From assembly GCA_011109175.1 (NCBI GenBank), contig RDEW01000004.1:2098444-2131443 (forward strand): a stretch of DNA of 33,000 bases, in the 5' to 3' direction. Position numbers and translations under genes: made by a program. Every line of letters begins with the position of its first letter. Within the stretch, counting starts at the first letter, position 1. Of this stretch, positions 1-10,396 are shown piece after piece. Under the pieces are notes generated by a model. It was not told where the DNA came from. It saw only the letters and a program-made list of their open reading frames with translations, and searched no databases. Source of the stretch: Dicyema japonicum (Eukaryota > Animalia > Dicyemida).

Positions 1-49
1 GTGAAATCCCAAACAATTTAAACTGTTTTAAACGTATAGAACGTATAGA

Positions 50-623
50 ATGCGAATCAAAACTTACTACATAAATTTAACTGATGAAATCGTATCCAGA
101 ACAGATATTTATGATCCTATTGAATTAGAAGAATTTATTTCAATTGATTACAATAAAAAGGAGGCAATTGATGATGATTCTCAAATTTGCCACAATTTCG
201 CTGGAACCAAAAATGGGAAATTTGAGAGAGTTTACTGTATTTTAATTGTAGTCGTCTATTGAGGATTTGTGTAGGCGGGAAATTAAATTTGTTTGTTGTG
301 GTGTTATTTTAGTATTGTTCTGTTTTGTCTCAGAGACAAGTCACACCTGATTATCTTTTGCATTTAAACAACTTTCGGTTGATCAAAGAGTTCTTTTCTT
401 CATTCTCCTTGAATGACCCTCCTCGTTTATTATCGACCCAATTTTACATAGACCACGTGTACTATGAGTTAATGAAAATTATTGATATGGTGAATAATAA
501 GTTCAATGGTGATTATTTATGTAAATGTTAGATGTACAAACTCACAAATTGATGTGTTATTTGTTGGGACCCCGACTTGATGATTATGGAGTGATTAATG
601 AAGTGTTAACATGGTTGATTTAA
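50..623 (+). CDS. Orphan 4-exon gene, ~168 aa, product unidentified (may start upstream of the window)
   Basis: Removing GT-AG introns 230-251 (22 nt), 291-312 (22 nt) and 509-531 (23 nt) joins ORFs 50-262 and 325-531 into one 507-nt frame ending TAA at 621-623 (MRIKTYYINL...KFER-SSIEDLCRREIKF-YCSVLSQRQ...KFN-DVQTHKLMCYLLGPRLDDYGVINEVLTWLI*). Confidence 0.7.
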
Positions 624-1627
624 GATATGAAAAGACAGTGGGGACATCAAGTATTATTTTATTTAATATGAAGGTCCTTCTAAATTTCCACTAATGTCTG
701 ATGTAATGAAGACTACTCCCCAGACATCACTTGACTTTGCAAGTTTTATATTTTCAAGGTTCAATACTCATTAATTTTAATAATAATAATTATTTGTGAG
801 GAATGTGTAAGAATATTCCTCTAAATTAGTGACTGTGATCATAATGGTGACAAATAATTGAATAATCCCTGATATTAAGTACTAACAATATGGATTATCA
901 CATTAAATGAAATTCAACACCAATCATATTTAACACTTTAGATCTTAAGGACTTGTCTTTCTTGATTGATACTTTGTGACAAATTAAAAACCCACGATTG
1001 GTACATAAATTAATTAACTGTTAATTAAATAGAGCTTTAAACGAATTATAATGATATCTTATTTTTGTATGTCTGTAAAGGACTCGATTATTAAATCGTT
1101 AATGTTTTAAAAGAAAATAATCAATCTCAGCAACAGATTCCTAGAAATTATAGCAAAATGATTAATCGTTTAGGTACAATCTCTCGATTCAAAAAAGTAT
1201 TACTTATTTTTTGTGACAGGGACACGAACAATCAAATTACGATCAGTAATTCATAATTAGCCCTCTACCACCTATGTCAAAATGATTCAAGAGCATACTC
1301 AGCTGCCGAGAAGGCCGAGAGATCAAAACGAGCAAAATACACCGTCCTACCTCATGGTGTTTTGTTTGTTCCACACGCAATTGGACCATCCAGTTCCCTT
1401 GCGACCTCGAATTCTTGCGTCGTCTAAGGAATCGGATTTTTACATCTACTGGAGATCTCATCGACCGCTGCTAACAATTTTTAGCGAATCATGTTCGCAA
1501 TCCTGAAAAAGAATAGCCACACAGTTAGGACGGCTGCCTTATGGCTTTTGAATGGATCTCGCAAAATTGTTTATTCTGACTATTTCTAACTTATTGACAC
1601 GGTTGTTTTTGTAACAGAACGTTTAAG

Positions 1628-1700
1628 AATAACAAAGTCAGAAATAAAAATGTGTTTCAGAGACGGAGACATTAATAACAAAGTCAGAAATAAAAATGTG
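1628..1700. repeat. 27-bp exact direct repeat with a 19-bp spacer
   Basis: aataacaaagtcagaaataaaaatgtg at 1628-1654 and 1674-1700. Confidence 0.9.
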
Positions 1701-1740
1701 ACTTTAAAAATAGTCCATTATTATGGCTGAGACAAATCGG

Positions 1741-1990
1741 CAAATTATTAAAGGCATTCGTATAGGCGCAGCGTTGTTATGTAAGACGTCTCTAAATGCG
1801 AGGAATTTGTTCCTCTAATGCGCGTATTAGAGAACACCAGGGTAGATCAAGGTAGACGTTCCAGGGATACCTACAGTTCACTGTTTTAAACCGAACCCTA
1901 GAGTCTTACATTGGAATATAAAAGACAGAGTCCGTAGATGGGAAGAGGGGTCAATTAGACAATGGGCGAGGAAAGTTGTTAAAGGTCAAA
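1741..1990 (+). mobile_element. Internally deleted 3' derivative of the RLE-type non-LTR element at 4390-6600
   Basis: Reads VLENTRV and QGYLQFTVLNRTL, matching VVENTRV and QAYLQFTVLKR of the large element. Nucleotides 1900-1985 align with the reverse complement of 2150-2314. Confidence 0.7.
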
Positions 1991-2149
1991 AAGTAACTTT
2001 TTTGGTTGGTTTAATAAAGTGTCTTTAAATTCATACATATTAATCCATCATTTGAGATATTTTTAATAAATTTTATTAAATTAATAATAAATTAATAATT
2101 AAAAAAAACACCCCACTTTATTTAACAAACAATAAAAAAGTTAATATAT

Positions 2150-2314
2150 TTATTAATCAACAACCTTCCTCGCCTGCCTGTTCGCCAGCCTCCTCAGGCA
2201 GGTTCGATTCTGGTTGCTGAAACAACTCCGAGAGCACCTTGTCTAATTGAACCCTCTGCCCATATGGCATCTCAGGGCTCTGCCTCCTATACTCCAGTGT
2301 CAGGCTCTCTAGGG
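2150..2314 (-). mobile_element. 3' end of the RLE-type non-LTR element (second copy), cut at N2315
   Basis: 2209-2314 is closely similar to 4391-4495 (tctggttgctgaaacaactccga...ctagg). Confidence 0.85.
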
Positions 2315-2317
2315 NTG

Positions 2318-2462
2318 CAAATTACTAAAGGCATTCGTATAGGCGCAGCGTTGTTATGTAAGACTTCTCTAAATGCGAGGAATTTGTTCCTCTAATGCGC
2401 GTATCAGAGAACACCAGGATAGATCAATGTAGACGTTCCAGGGATACCTCAGTTCACTGTTT
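2318..2462 (+). repeat. Near-identical copy of 1741-1886, immediately after N2315
   Basis: caaatta(t/c)taaaggcattcgtataggcgcagcg...cagttcactgttt is present at both sites with a few substitutions. Confidence 0.9.
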
Positions 2463-3229
2463 GGTTTATTTGATATTAATTATAAGTACTCAATTAAATA
2501 ATGTGATTAACCATTATTGATTAAGAAAAGTTCAATAATTTCATTTTTGAGTCAACACGTTAAATTATTATACTGGATGCAAGCTTTAGAGATTTTTATT
2601 TCTGCAGATTTATTAATAATTGACACATCTGCCTTATTATATTGGCATTGATTGTTGAGTCGAGATTTTTTGTGTTTTAATGACATATATAGTTGACCTC
2701 ATTATAAGTGATTTTTAACAGTAAATGATTATTCTATCATCTACTAACTGTTTAGAACACGTGGAATAATAATCCACAAATCACCTTAATGGTAATTCTT
2801 TAACCAAAAGAGATAGCCCGACCATAGCTTATTGACTGAACATTGTATACTAATGAATTTGCATTTAACAAAGATTGTGTTCATCTTCCAAGAAGACTAT
2901 GTCAATTTCTTATAATGTTAGAGAATATTGTTTGGCTCATCAATTCTACAGCCAAAACCAACGAGAAATCACATTTTGTTACAATTAAAGGATTTAAAAG
3001 ACACGATAATCTTTTATGGATACTCCATGTGAGATATTTATTTATTAACCCAGAAATCACGAGAAAGAGGATAAAAGTTATCGTCCAATTAAGTGATCCC
3101 CGTATCTATACCAGTCCTTTGGAGCACTGGATTAATTTACACAATGGCGAAGGTTTCTTCCCATATCTCGGGCAGGCGTCCATATATAGTCTGAAGTCCG
3201 ACCCGAGGAGATGGTCAGGGGACTTTGTC

Positions 3230-4389
3230 ATCTTGAGGAAGTCCTATGACGTTCCGTAACGTATTTCATGATTAAGGAACGTTTAGTATTTTCAGTAGTA
3301 ACTAAGTGGACATCTTTTTCGGTGATCTCAATAGTATTCTGGGACATCAGTTTTTTAAAACTTCCAGCTTGCTCTGTGTTGATAGTGATAACGGGCAATT
3401 CATGCAGCACAGGCGTACTCATACTAGGTAGAACAAATTGTTTGTATATAAATTCTAATGATGGGTGGGTAGATACTGGAGAGTGAGTGAAAGTCTTGAG
3501 AATTCCAATTTTCTTTTGAATCCTCGCGGTTACTAGGTCCACTTGATGAGTGAATGTGAGGAAAGGATCCAAGGATTGAAAGGGTCTTCGTAATGGGAAG
3601 CAGGGAGTCATACAATTTTATTCGTGGTGTTGCCCGTACTTCTTTTCGTGATGGGGTAAACTTCATTACATGTAACGTTCATGGTGATATATTCAGACGG
3701 TTCTTCAGGAACCAAAGACCAAGCAGGGAGTCATACAATTTTATTCGTGGTGTTGCCTGTACTTCTTTTCGTGGTGGGGTAAACTTCATTACATGTAACG
3801 TTCATGGTGATATATTCAGACGGTTCTTCAGGGACCAAAGACCCATCAGGTTTAATAGATCTTGTAAGGTCGTCTACTCGATTCTTCGATGTTTTAATGC
3901 GACCACGAGATCATCCGCATACAATAAAAGAATTATGTTTTTTTGGTTGGGGACTGGAGGTCACTGAGGAACATATTGAAGAGTTCGAGAATATAGATGT
4001 CATCTAAACCGCGAGACGACGAGTAATTTATTTTCCTGATTACTGAGTGCACCATTAAAGGATCGAAGAAAGTAATGTTGGGGCATTTCTCCCTTCGACT
4101 GTGGTCTGAACGAACACCCAGGTCTTTTGAATATGGTTTATGACTAATATTCACATAGTACTTCATAATGTCATTGGGATTTGCACATGGCTCTTGATAT
4201 CCAATTGAATGTGGAGAGCACTTCTTGAGCCTCCTTATCGATTCCCATAGTACAGTGGGGGATGTATTGTTTGTAGCTTTTCTAAGCAATGCTTCCCAAC
4301 GTTCTTTGGTGTGTTTTGTGATGTTCCTCGTGATTTCTTTATTCAGTTTTGACATCCTATCAATTTCTCCATATTCGTCTTCCGTTCTT
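3230..4389 (-). mobile_element. Decayed APE-type LINE (Jockey/I-like) reverse transcriptase fragment with a large internal deletion
   Basis: Pre-RT region (LWESIRRLK...SSRGLDDIY) is fused directly to LFNMFLSDL. LYADD motif with YADD at 3910-3921; thumb-like ARIQKKIGILK...IYKQFVLP; stops and frameshifts. Confidence 0.8.
3598..3843. repeat. 123-bp tandem duplication inside the LINE remnant
   Basis: 3598-3720 and 3721-3843 are nearly identical (aagcagggagtcatac...ccaaagacc). Confidence 0.95.
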
Positions 4390-4447
4390 GTCTGGTTGCT
4401 GAAACAACTCCGAAAGCGCCTTGTCCAATTGAACCATCTGCCCATAT

Positions 4448-4827
4448 GGCATCTCCAGGCTCTGCCTCCTGTATACCAGTGTAGGCTCCCTAGGATCCGC
4501 TTTAATACAGTGAACTGTAGATAGGCCTGGAGCATCTTATCTACCCCCTAACTGCTTCAGATAACCCTTGTGGTACTTTTTTGCAATTCCTTTCCATGTC
4601 ATTACTGTTGGAATAACGAGGTCCAAAGACTTGGCCANGGCATCTCCAGGCTCTGCCTCCTGTATACCAGTGTAGGCTCCCTAGGGTCCGCTTTAATACA
4701 GTGGACTGTAGATAGGCCTGGAGCATCTTATCTACCCCTAACTGCTTCAGATAACCCTTGTGGTACTTTTTTGCAATTCCTTTCCATGTCATTACTGTTG
4801 GAATAACGAGGTCCAAAGACTTGGCCA
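4448..4827. repeat. ~190-bp duplication straddling N4638
   Basis: 4448-4637 vs 4639-4827: two substitutions and a 1-bp indel seen. Confidence 0.9.
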
Positions 4828-5649
4828 GACTCCTTATCGTGTATTACAATGTCCAGTTTATTGTGATTGACTAGCATCGAGGTACGGATAACACTGTCTA
4901 CCTCAATTTGGACCCTGGTGTTCTCTACTACAGATTGCACCTTATGAGTCCGTAACTTTCTGGTGTGGCGAATACCATTCTCTTGACCCAGCTATCAGGG
5001 TGTCGTGCATTCGCATTAGGATACGCTCACTTAGTTGGACTACTTCACACAGTCCACGGCCGAATTTATCACGGAGTAAATATAGTCTCCTTATTGACTG
5101 CCCAGATACTTATATCTTTTGTGTTCCTCTAGGACTCTTACTAACTCGCTACATACTTGCGTGTTAGTCGCAAACTTTGAATAATTCAAATCTAGTCCTA
5201 TACTCTCAAAGAATTCCCTGGTACATAACCCCATGGAGTAGAGTTCCTCGGCTGTTCGAGCATACATCTNACAATGAACTAGTATTTGCTCAAATCGGTC
5301 ATTGAGACGGAGACTCAATGGCTCCAAACAGATAACAAGAGCAGTGAAACATGTTATCCCCTTGAAAGATCCCCTCTTTGTTTTACCTCTCCTATCCAGT
5401 GCCTATTATAGTTCAGATGAATACTCCACAAATTCATCACAGCCACTACAAAGCTGATGGACCACACAGGCATACATAGACTGTGTAGGCACTCGATTAG
5501 GTATGAATTATCAACTAAATCGTAAGCCTTCTTCACATCCATTCACATAGACAAAAGTGAGTTTCCGTGATACACAGAAAGGCACTTGTTGATCAAAGTT
5601 TGCTCTTTTGCCCGCTGACTTCATTAGCCACCAATTTGGTCATCATTTT

Positions 5650-5963
5650 ATACAGGGTTGGTATGCAGGTAATCGGTCGAAAATCTGCAGCAGACTGATG
5701 GTTGCCCAGCTTGGGATCAAATAAGTTGACCCTGTGAAGGCCCAATAAGGAATAGTTTCCGGGTTAGTGATGTTTTTCTGTAATACACGGCACATAGACT
5801 CGTGTNTTATACAGGGTTGGCATGCAGGTTATCGGTCGATAATCTGCAGCAGACTGGGGGTTGTCCAACTTTGGGATCAAATAAGTTGTCCCTGTGCATG
5901 CCCAATCAGGAATCGTTTCCGGGTTAGTAATGCTTTTCTGTAATACATGACACATAGACTCGT
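5650..5963. repeat. ~157-bp diverged duplication straddling N5806
   Basis: tatacagggttgg...atagactcgtgt occurs on both sides of the N with many substitutions, so these are two different element copies. Confidence 0.85.
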
Positions 5964-7011
5964 GTAATAAAGTGCATCTTTTGATAAAGAAATTATAAAC
6001 TTTATCGACCCCGGTCGTTTTCCAATCAGGGAGATGTCTCACTACCGCCTCAAATTTCTTGCGAAAATCGAAAATTCCGCAAGATTCCGCCAAGAAAAGA
6101 GCGGCGCTGTACGGGACATTCCACGCATTTCCTCAGCGTGGTTTAGCCTCTCACATACTACCCCATGTGGAAAGCATTTCCGCGTCCTTCTGGGAACATA
6201 CACTATGGCCATTTTCGTGTAGGCGACGGTAAAACAATCTGCGATTAAACTCAAACAGATTATTTTCTATCCTTCTCTTACACCGACTTTCATGTGTATA
6301 GAGTTTCCTCTTATACACCATTATTGCCCCCTCTAACTCCATCTTTGCCCTCCTCAACTCTTTGAGGTCCCATTTGGGAACACAGTTTACTAATTAGCCC
6401 CTTTACTATAGCCGGTGCTTTTCCTCTAACCCCTCTCGCCACACTACTTATGTGCCCCTCCAGTGCTTCCAGCTCAGTCTGTCTACAAGCAATCTTGGCA
6501 CAGATCTGCTCCCTCCATTTACTGGGTGCTCTGGGCTTGTCCGTCAATTCCTTCACAAGAAATGAACTCACCTGAAGATGGTTTGATCAGGACGAATTGT
6601 CCATGAATCTGATTTCGTATATTGAAAAAATCAAAAAGTAAATACAAGATGGAACAACGTAGTTCCCTCTTAGGGTGACTTTAGTTTGATTATTTAAAGA
6701 GAGCAACTCGAATGAATGTTTTTTAAATCAATAAGACCCTTTTCTCAAATCGCCCAAGAATGAAGTCAGAGTGAGGGCCGAAACACATTCAACGATTTTC
6801 ACTTTACTGATAAGAAGGGTAAAACGTCTCCTTCAAACAACTCAGAAATTGAATAATGGAAGACTCGGGGACCGATTCCAGACCCTAGTTGGATCCAAAT
6901 GTTATTAATGCTTCGTATCATAAAAGTAAATCTTCGACGTCATATAAGTAAGGGACCCGTAAATAATTTTCAGAGGGCAATAAAACAAGAAAACACACAT
7001 TAAAAAAACAG

Positions 7012-8958
7012 TTATTTGAAAATGGAGGCATTAGAAAGAGGATGCTGTGGCATATAATCAGCCCCCATCTCCCAATAATCGGCAGATTTAATACACGACT
7101 GGTCAAATAAACATGATTTTGAGAACTGAGAGGCCCCAATCCAAGCCGAAAGGAAAGGATCAGCTATAATACAATAACCATCAGTACAGCACAATGTCAC
7201 ATTAATATCGGATTTGAATGGCCTAATTGGTATCATCTCCCGTAAGATCCGTTGATCTAGATTGGGGAGTTTGGCCACCCCACCAGAAATCATAATGTTC
7301 TACAAAATAACACCAAACCAATCACAGATGCCAGTCTTTGCTGCTCCGATTCCGAAAACCCCTTCAATACAGACTCGATGGTTTCAACCAGTCCACTCTG
7401 GGGGACACCAACTATGCTGGGCTGAAATATCAATTCAGGAATCCTAAAATATCCAAAGAACTGTAAAACCGAATTCTTTGTGACCCCAGTCGAATTACGT
7501 TGGAATCGTAGAATTCAGATAGCAATAGTTCATTCTTTAGAATCGGCACATTCCTTGTGTAGGGAGTATCACCGATTGGAGAGGTTGTGGAGGACTGTGG
7601 AATGTCGTGGCAGGGACGTTTTCCATTCCCGTCAGTCAACTCTCCAATTCTTTCGAGGAACATGTCTTCCTAGCAATCAGCAAATATTCTAACGGTTTCG
7701 TTCTCGGCTGCGATCAAGTGAGGATTAATAGCCGAGGCATTCCTTCTTCGTGATCCATAGACAAGTCCTCGAAGTGATTTTATCGAACTCTGTAACTCCG
7801 TTGTGGAGTAAATACCAAAATTCTTCATTTCCTTCTACCAGAATAAACTCAAAATCAACAAATGCACTCTCCAAGTTACGACCTTCCACCATTTCTTGTA
7901 TTCGCATTAATTCGACTAATTTGTCCTCGTTTTTCATTGGCTTTAATAAAGTCACTTCCAGTACTATATTATCTAGTCCGGGTTCATCACAGAGATCGTC
8001 TGTGTAGGCTTCAGATCGAAGACCGACCACGTTCTCAGAATAAAACTGATCCTCATTCCAGGCACGGATCTCTTTGTTGTAGTCCATAGCAACGTAGCAG
8101 TGGTTTTGGAAAAGTTTCTCCTTGTGACCATAGAGTACCTCGACACGTTGACTGATAAGACTGGCAGACAGACGAGGACGGTCCGCCAGAAGAGACTTCT
8201 TTAAATGTTCGATGAGAACTCTCCCGCCCATACTAATGCGACAGCACCTTGAGAAAACAGGGAGTCCGTCCAAAATCGGCAAAATATGGCAAGAATTAGC
8301 CCCGAAATTGAGACTAAGACAATCGGAAGAGGTAGTCGAATCCAGAGCAGAGTAGGTCGAGAAGAGTTGGTCAATTCCGTAACAGACGGATGGAACACCG
8401 TAGCACTCAAACAGAAGTTCGCTCATTTCTGGGATAATAAAATGAGAATACGTTGACGAGAGAGTGAAGGATTCCCAATGACCTCTGAAACGACAACAGG
8501 GGTGGAGATATTTTTTGCGACACCAGAGATACCAAGGTTGTCAAAGATATGGTCAAAAATAATCTCCTGGTATGAAAAATTGCAGACAATTCCTCCTTCG
8601 AAGGGAGAACGCACGTGGTACTTCAAGGAGTCAGAAAAGGAGATATCATTTCCCACAAAGATTTCATCCTTCTAATATTAACACCAGTGAACCCGCACGT
8701 TAGGAAAACGGTTTCGAATCACGGTTGGACGGAAAATCATTTCTGGAGTGGTGGAAAATCCCCATCCTGCCTTGCAAAAGTAACTCCCTATTATGAGAAT
8801 AATCCATGGAACCGTTGTCTATTATAATGGGGGACGGCAATGGTAGGGATATTTCACATGACCTGTAAGGGAAATTTGTTGGATATGGGAGGTCGGTGAC
8901 TTTACTATAATATTATTTATTTAATTATTTTTTATAAGCATGAAACTTACTTGCACAT
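7012..8958 (-). CDS. ACTR5: Actin-related protein 5 (INO80 complex subunit), ~559 aa, at least 11 exons
   Basis: Motifs PIIIDNGSYFCKAGW, RSPFE, MSELLFECYGVPSVCYGID, RLGSQRIRIPELIFQPSIVG, NIMISGG, DPFLSAWIGA and ADYWEMG. Introns: 8905-8950 (46 nt); a 25-nt one inside DNG-S; 27 (or 21) nt before KDEIFVGND; 23 nt before MSELL; 8118-8138; 7835-7859; 7670-7693; 7444-7469; 7300-7325; 7164-7187. Spliced length is 1680 nt (560 codons). Confidence 0.93.
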
Positions 8959-9016
8959 TATTATTTTTAATTAAGAAATATAAAATAATTTTAATTTAAT
9001 AATTTAATAATTACGA

Positions 9017-9172
9017 AACTTTGGCCCTAAAACGCTTAAGTTCCTGAACCATTTGGGAAAACTACTAACTGACAAAACTGGTGATCTTCGTGAGACGAGA
9101 TGGCTCAAGGAGAGGCTCTCGTTGGCTGTTGTCCGTGGGAATAGCTTGTGCATCTCCCAACAGCTGAATTAA
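9017..9172 (+). mobile_element. 3' terminal fragment of a CRE-like RLE retrotransposon
   Basis: FGPKTLKFLNHLGKLLTDKTGDLRETRWLKERLSLAVVRGNS matches the family C-terminus (TGD.R...L.QRLSLA..RGN). Confidence 0.75.
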
Positions 9173-9229
9173 AATTAACTATTCTTTTTCCTTTTTCCTT
9201 ATAAAATTACGAATGGAAAGCGGTGGCCA

Positions 9230-9570
9230 AGAGAAATTTCGCGTGGCGCCATCTGGTGATGCGTGGTTAATTGGTTAAAGTTTTCTGCTTGCTTGTCTGT
9301 TCCTCCTCTCTCTTCCTATTAGAATGGCGTCATGTGATCAACATGTCTAGGTGACGCCCAGTGCCAGGCCGGCACGAAAAAGGATCATTTGCTCTCTCCC
9401 ACTCCACTGGAGGGGTTTCCACAACTGTATGTAATGAACCTCTTACCTTTTATGTGGATTCCGGATGGACTCTGTTTCTGTGGAAGTGGAAACTGGATAT
9501 ACTTAATTAGTTGTTTACTTTAACTTCTTTCTCGGTGTATCCGGGGTTATTAAATTAACTAATTAAAGGA
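9230..9570 (+). mobile_element. Non-coding repeat carrying the LINE-like 3' tail module; 5' part shared with 22238-22320
   Basis: 5' cgtggcgccatctggtg...ggttaattggttaaa aligns with 22238 onward. 3' gaaactggatatac...gtgtatccggggtt aligns with 10225-10290 and the reverse complement of 17190-17265. Confidence 0.6.
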
Positions 9571-9584
9571 GAAATTCAATCAAG

Positions 9585-10300
9585 ATTGTATTCCTTCTAC
9601 AAGGATATGAAATAAGCCGAGATAGTTCTCAAAAATTCCTGGAAATTACTTTGGGAAGATCTGGTAACTCTCCGTAAAAAATATCACGACAGAGGGAAGA
9701 AGATTGGTTGATCAGGTCCTCGACAAGACTGATAAGAGTTCAACGTTCGGGCGAAATTACAAGATTAAACTGTTGGTATGGGGCGTCACGTCATTCACTC
9801 TATCTTCAAACATAACATTATACTCCGCAGATAAGGCTGAGAAGGCTCAAGGGAAAAACTAGGAGTGGTTCTTGGATGGGTTCACGATGAGAGGCACATG
9901 CAGGAAATCACTGTTGTTTCAAGAGACCGGGACAACTAACTACACTCATGGTCCATAACGTACATGGAGTCAATTGGCTCTTCCGTTGTTATCGTGGAAG
10001 GCTACATAAATTATGTCGATGGGGACTTTTGAAGTTTTCCGTTTTTCACCTTGCCTTCTTCAATTCCTAAGAGGCGTAATGGAATCTACCAAATCTCAGA
10101 AGACACCATACCTGGTCAGCGTCCAAAAAGGATCTCCCTCTTTTCTACACAAGTGTCGAGGTTCCCGCAATGGCGGATGTATATTGACGTAGTGCTTGGA
10201 AAGAATGTTTCTCACTCCAACCATGTGAACTGGAAACACCTAACTATACGTTAATCAACTCTTAACCTCTTTCTGGTATATCCGTGGTCACAAAATAAAA
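9585..10300 (+). mobile_element. Decayed 3' end of a LINE (RT thumb region plus 3' tail)
   Basis: QKFLEITLGRSG and SLLFQETG resemble LINE RT C-terminal motifs; many stops. The tail 10140-10295 is shared with SINE B. Confidence 0.6.
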
Positions 10301-10396
10301 ATGCGTGAAAATTCAAGTTTGCATAGACTAATGGATGGGGGTAACTATTACTCAATGCTCAGTACTGTCAAGTCATGTGACTGAAATAGGCTTATA

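Larger units (their letters stand above)
4390..6600 (-). mobile_element. RLE-type (R2/R4/NeSL-like) non-LTR retrotransposon, decayed and assembled from several copies
   Basis: RT motifs LPDWKTTGVDKVYNFFIK, TYLIPK, DYRPITCMPTLY, DVKKAYD, RGIFQGD and KRYKYLG. Restriction-like endonuclease remnant ENTRVQIEVD...HNKLDIVIHDK. Ns at 4638, 5270 and 5806. Confidence 0.9.

Noticed and set aside
1628-1700. Repeat-spacer-repeat pattern as a CRISPR mini-array
   Set aside because: Only two AT-rich repeats, a 19-bp spacer, no cas genes, and eukaryotic context.
2843-3259. 138-aa plus-strand ORF, and other short track ORFs over TEs and genes
   Set aside because: Most are antisense or off-frame shadows of minus-strand elements or genes, with no independent motifs.
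6575-6800. ctgaaga...cgaa and gtgagggccgaaac resembling hammerhead ribozyme cores
   Set aside because: The first lacks a pairing stem II; the second lacks an intact CUGANGA core.
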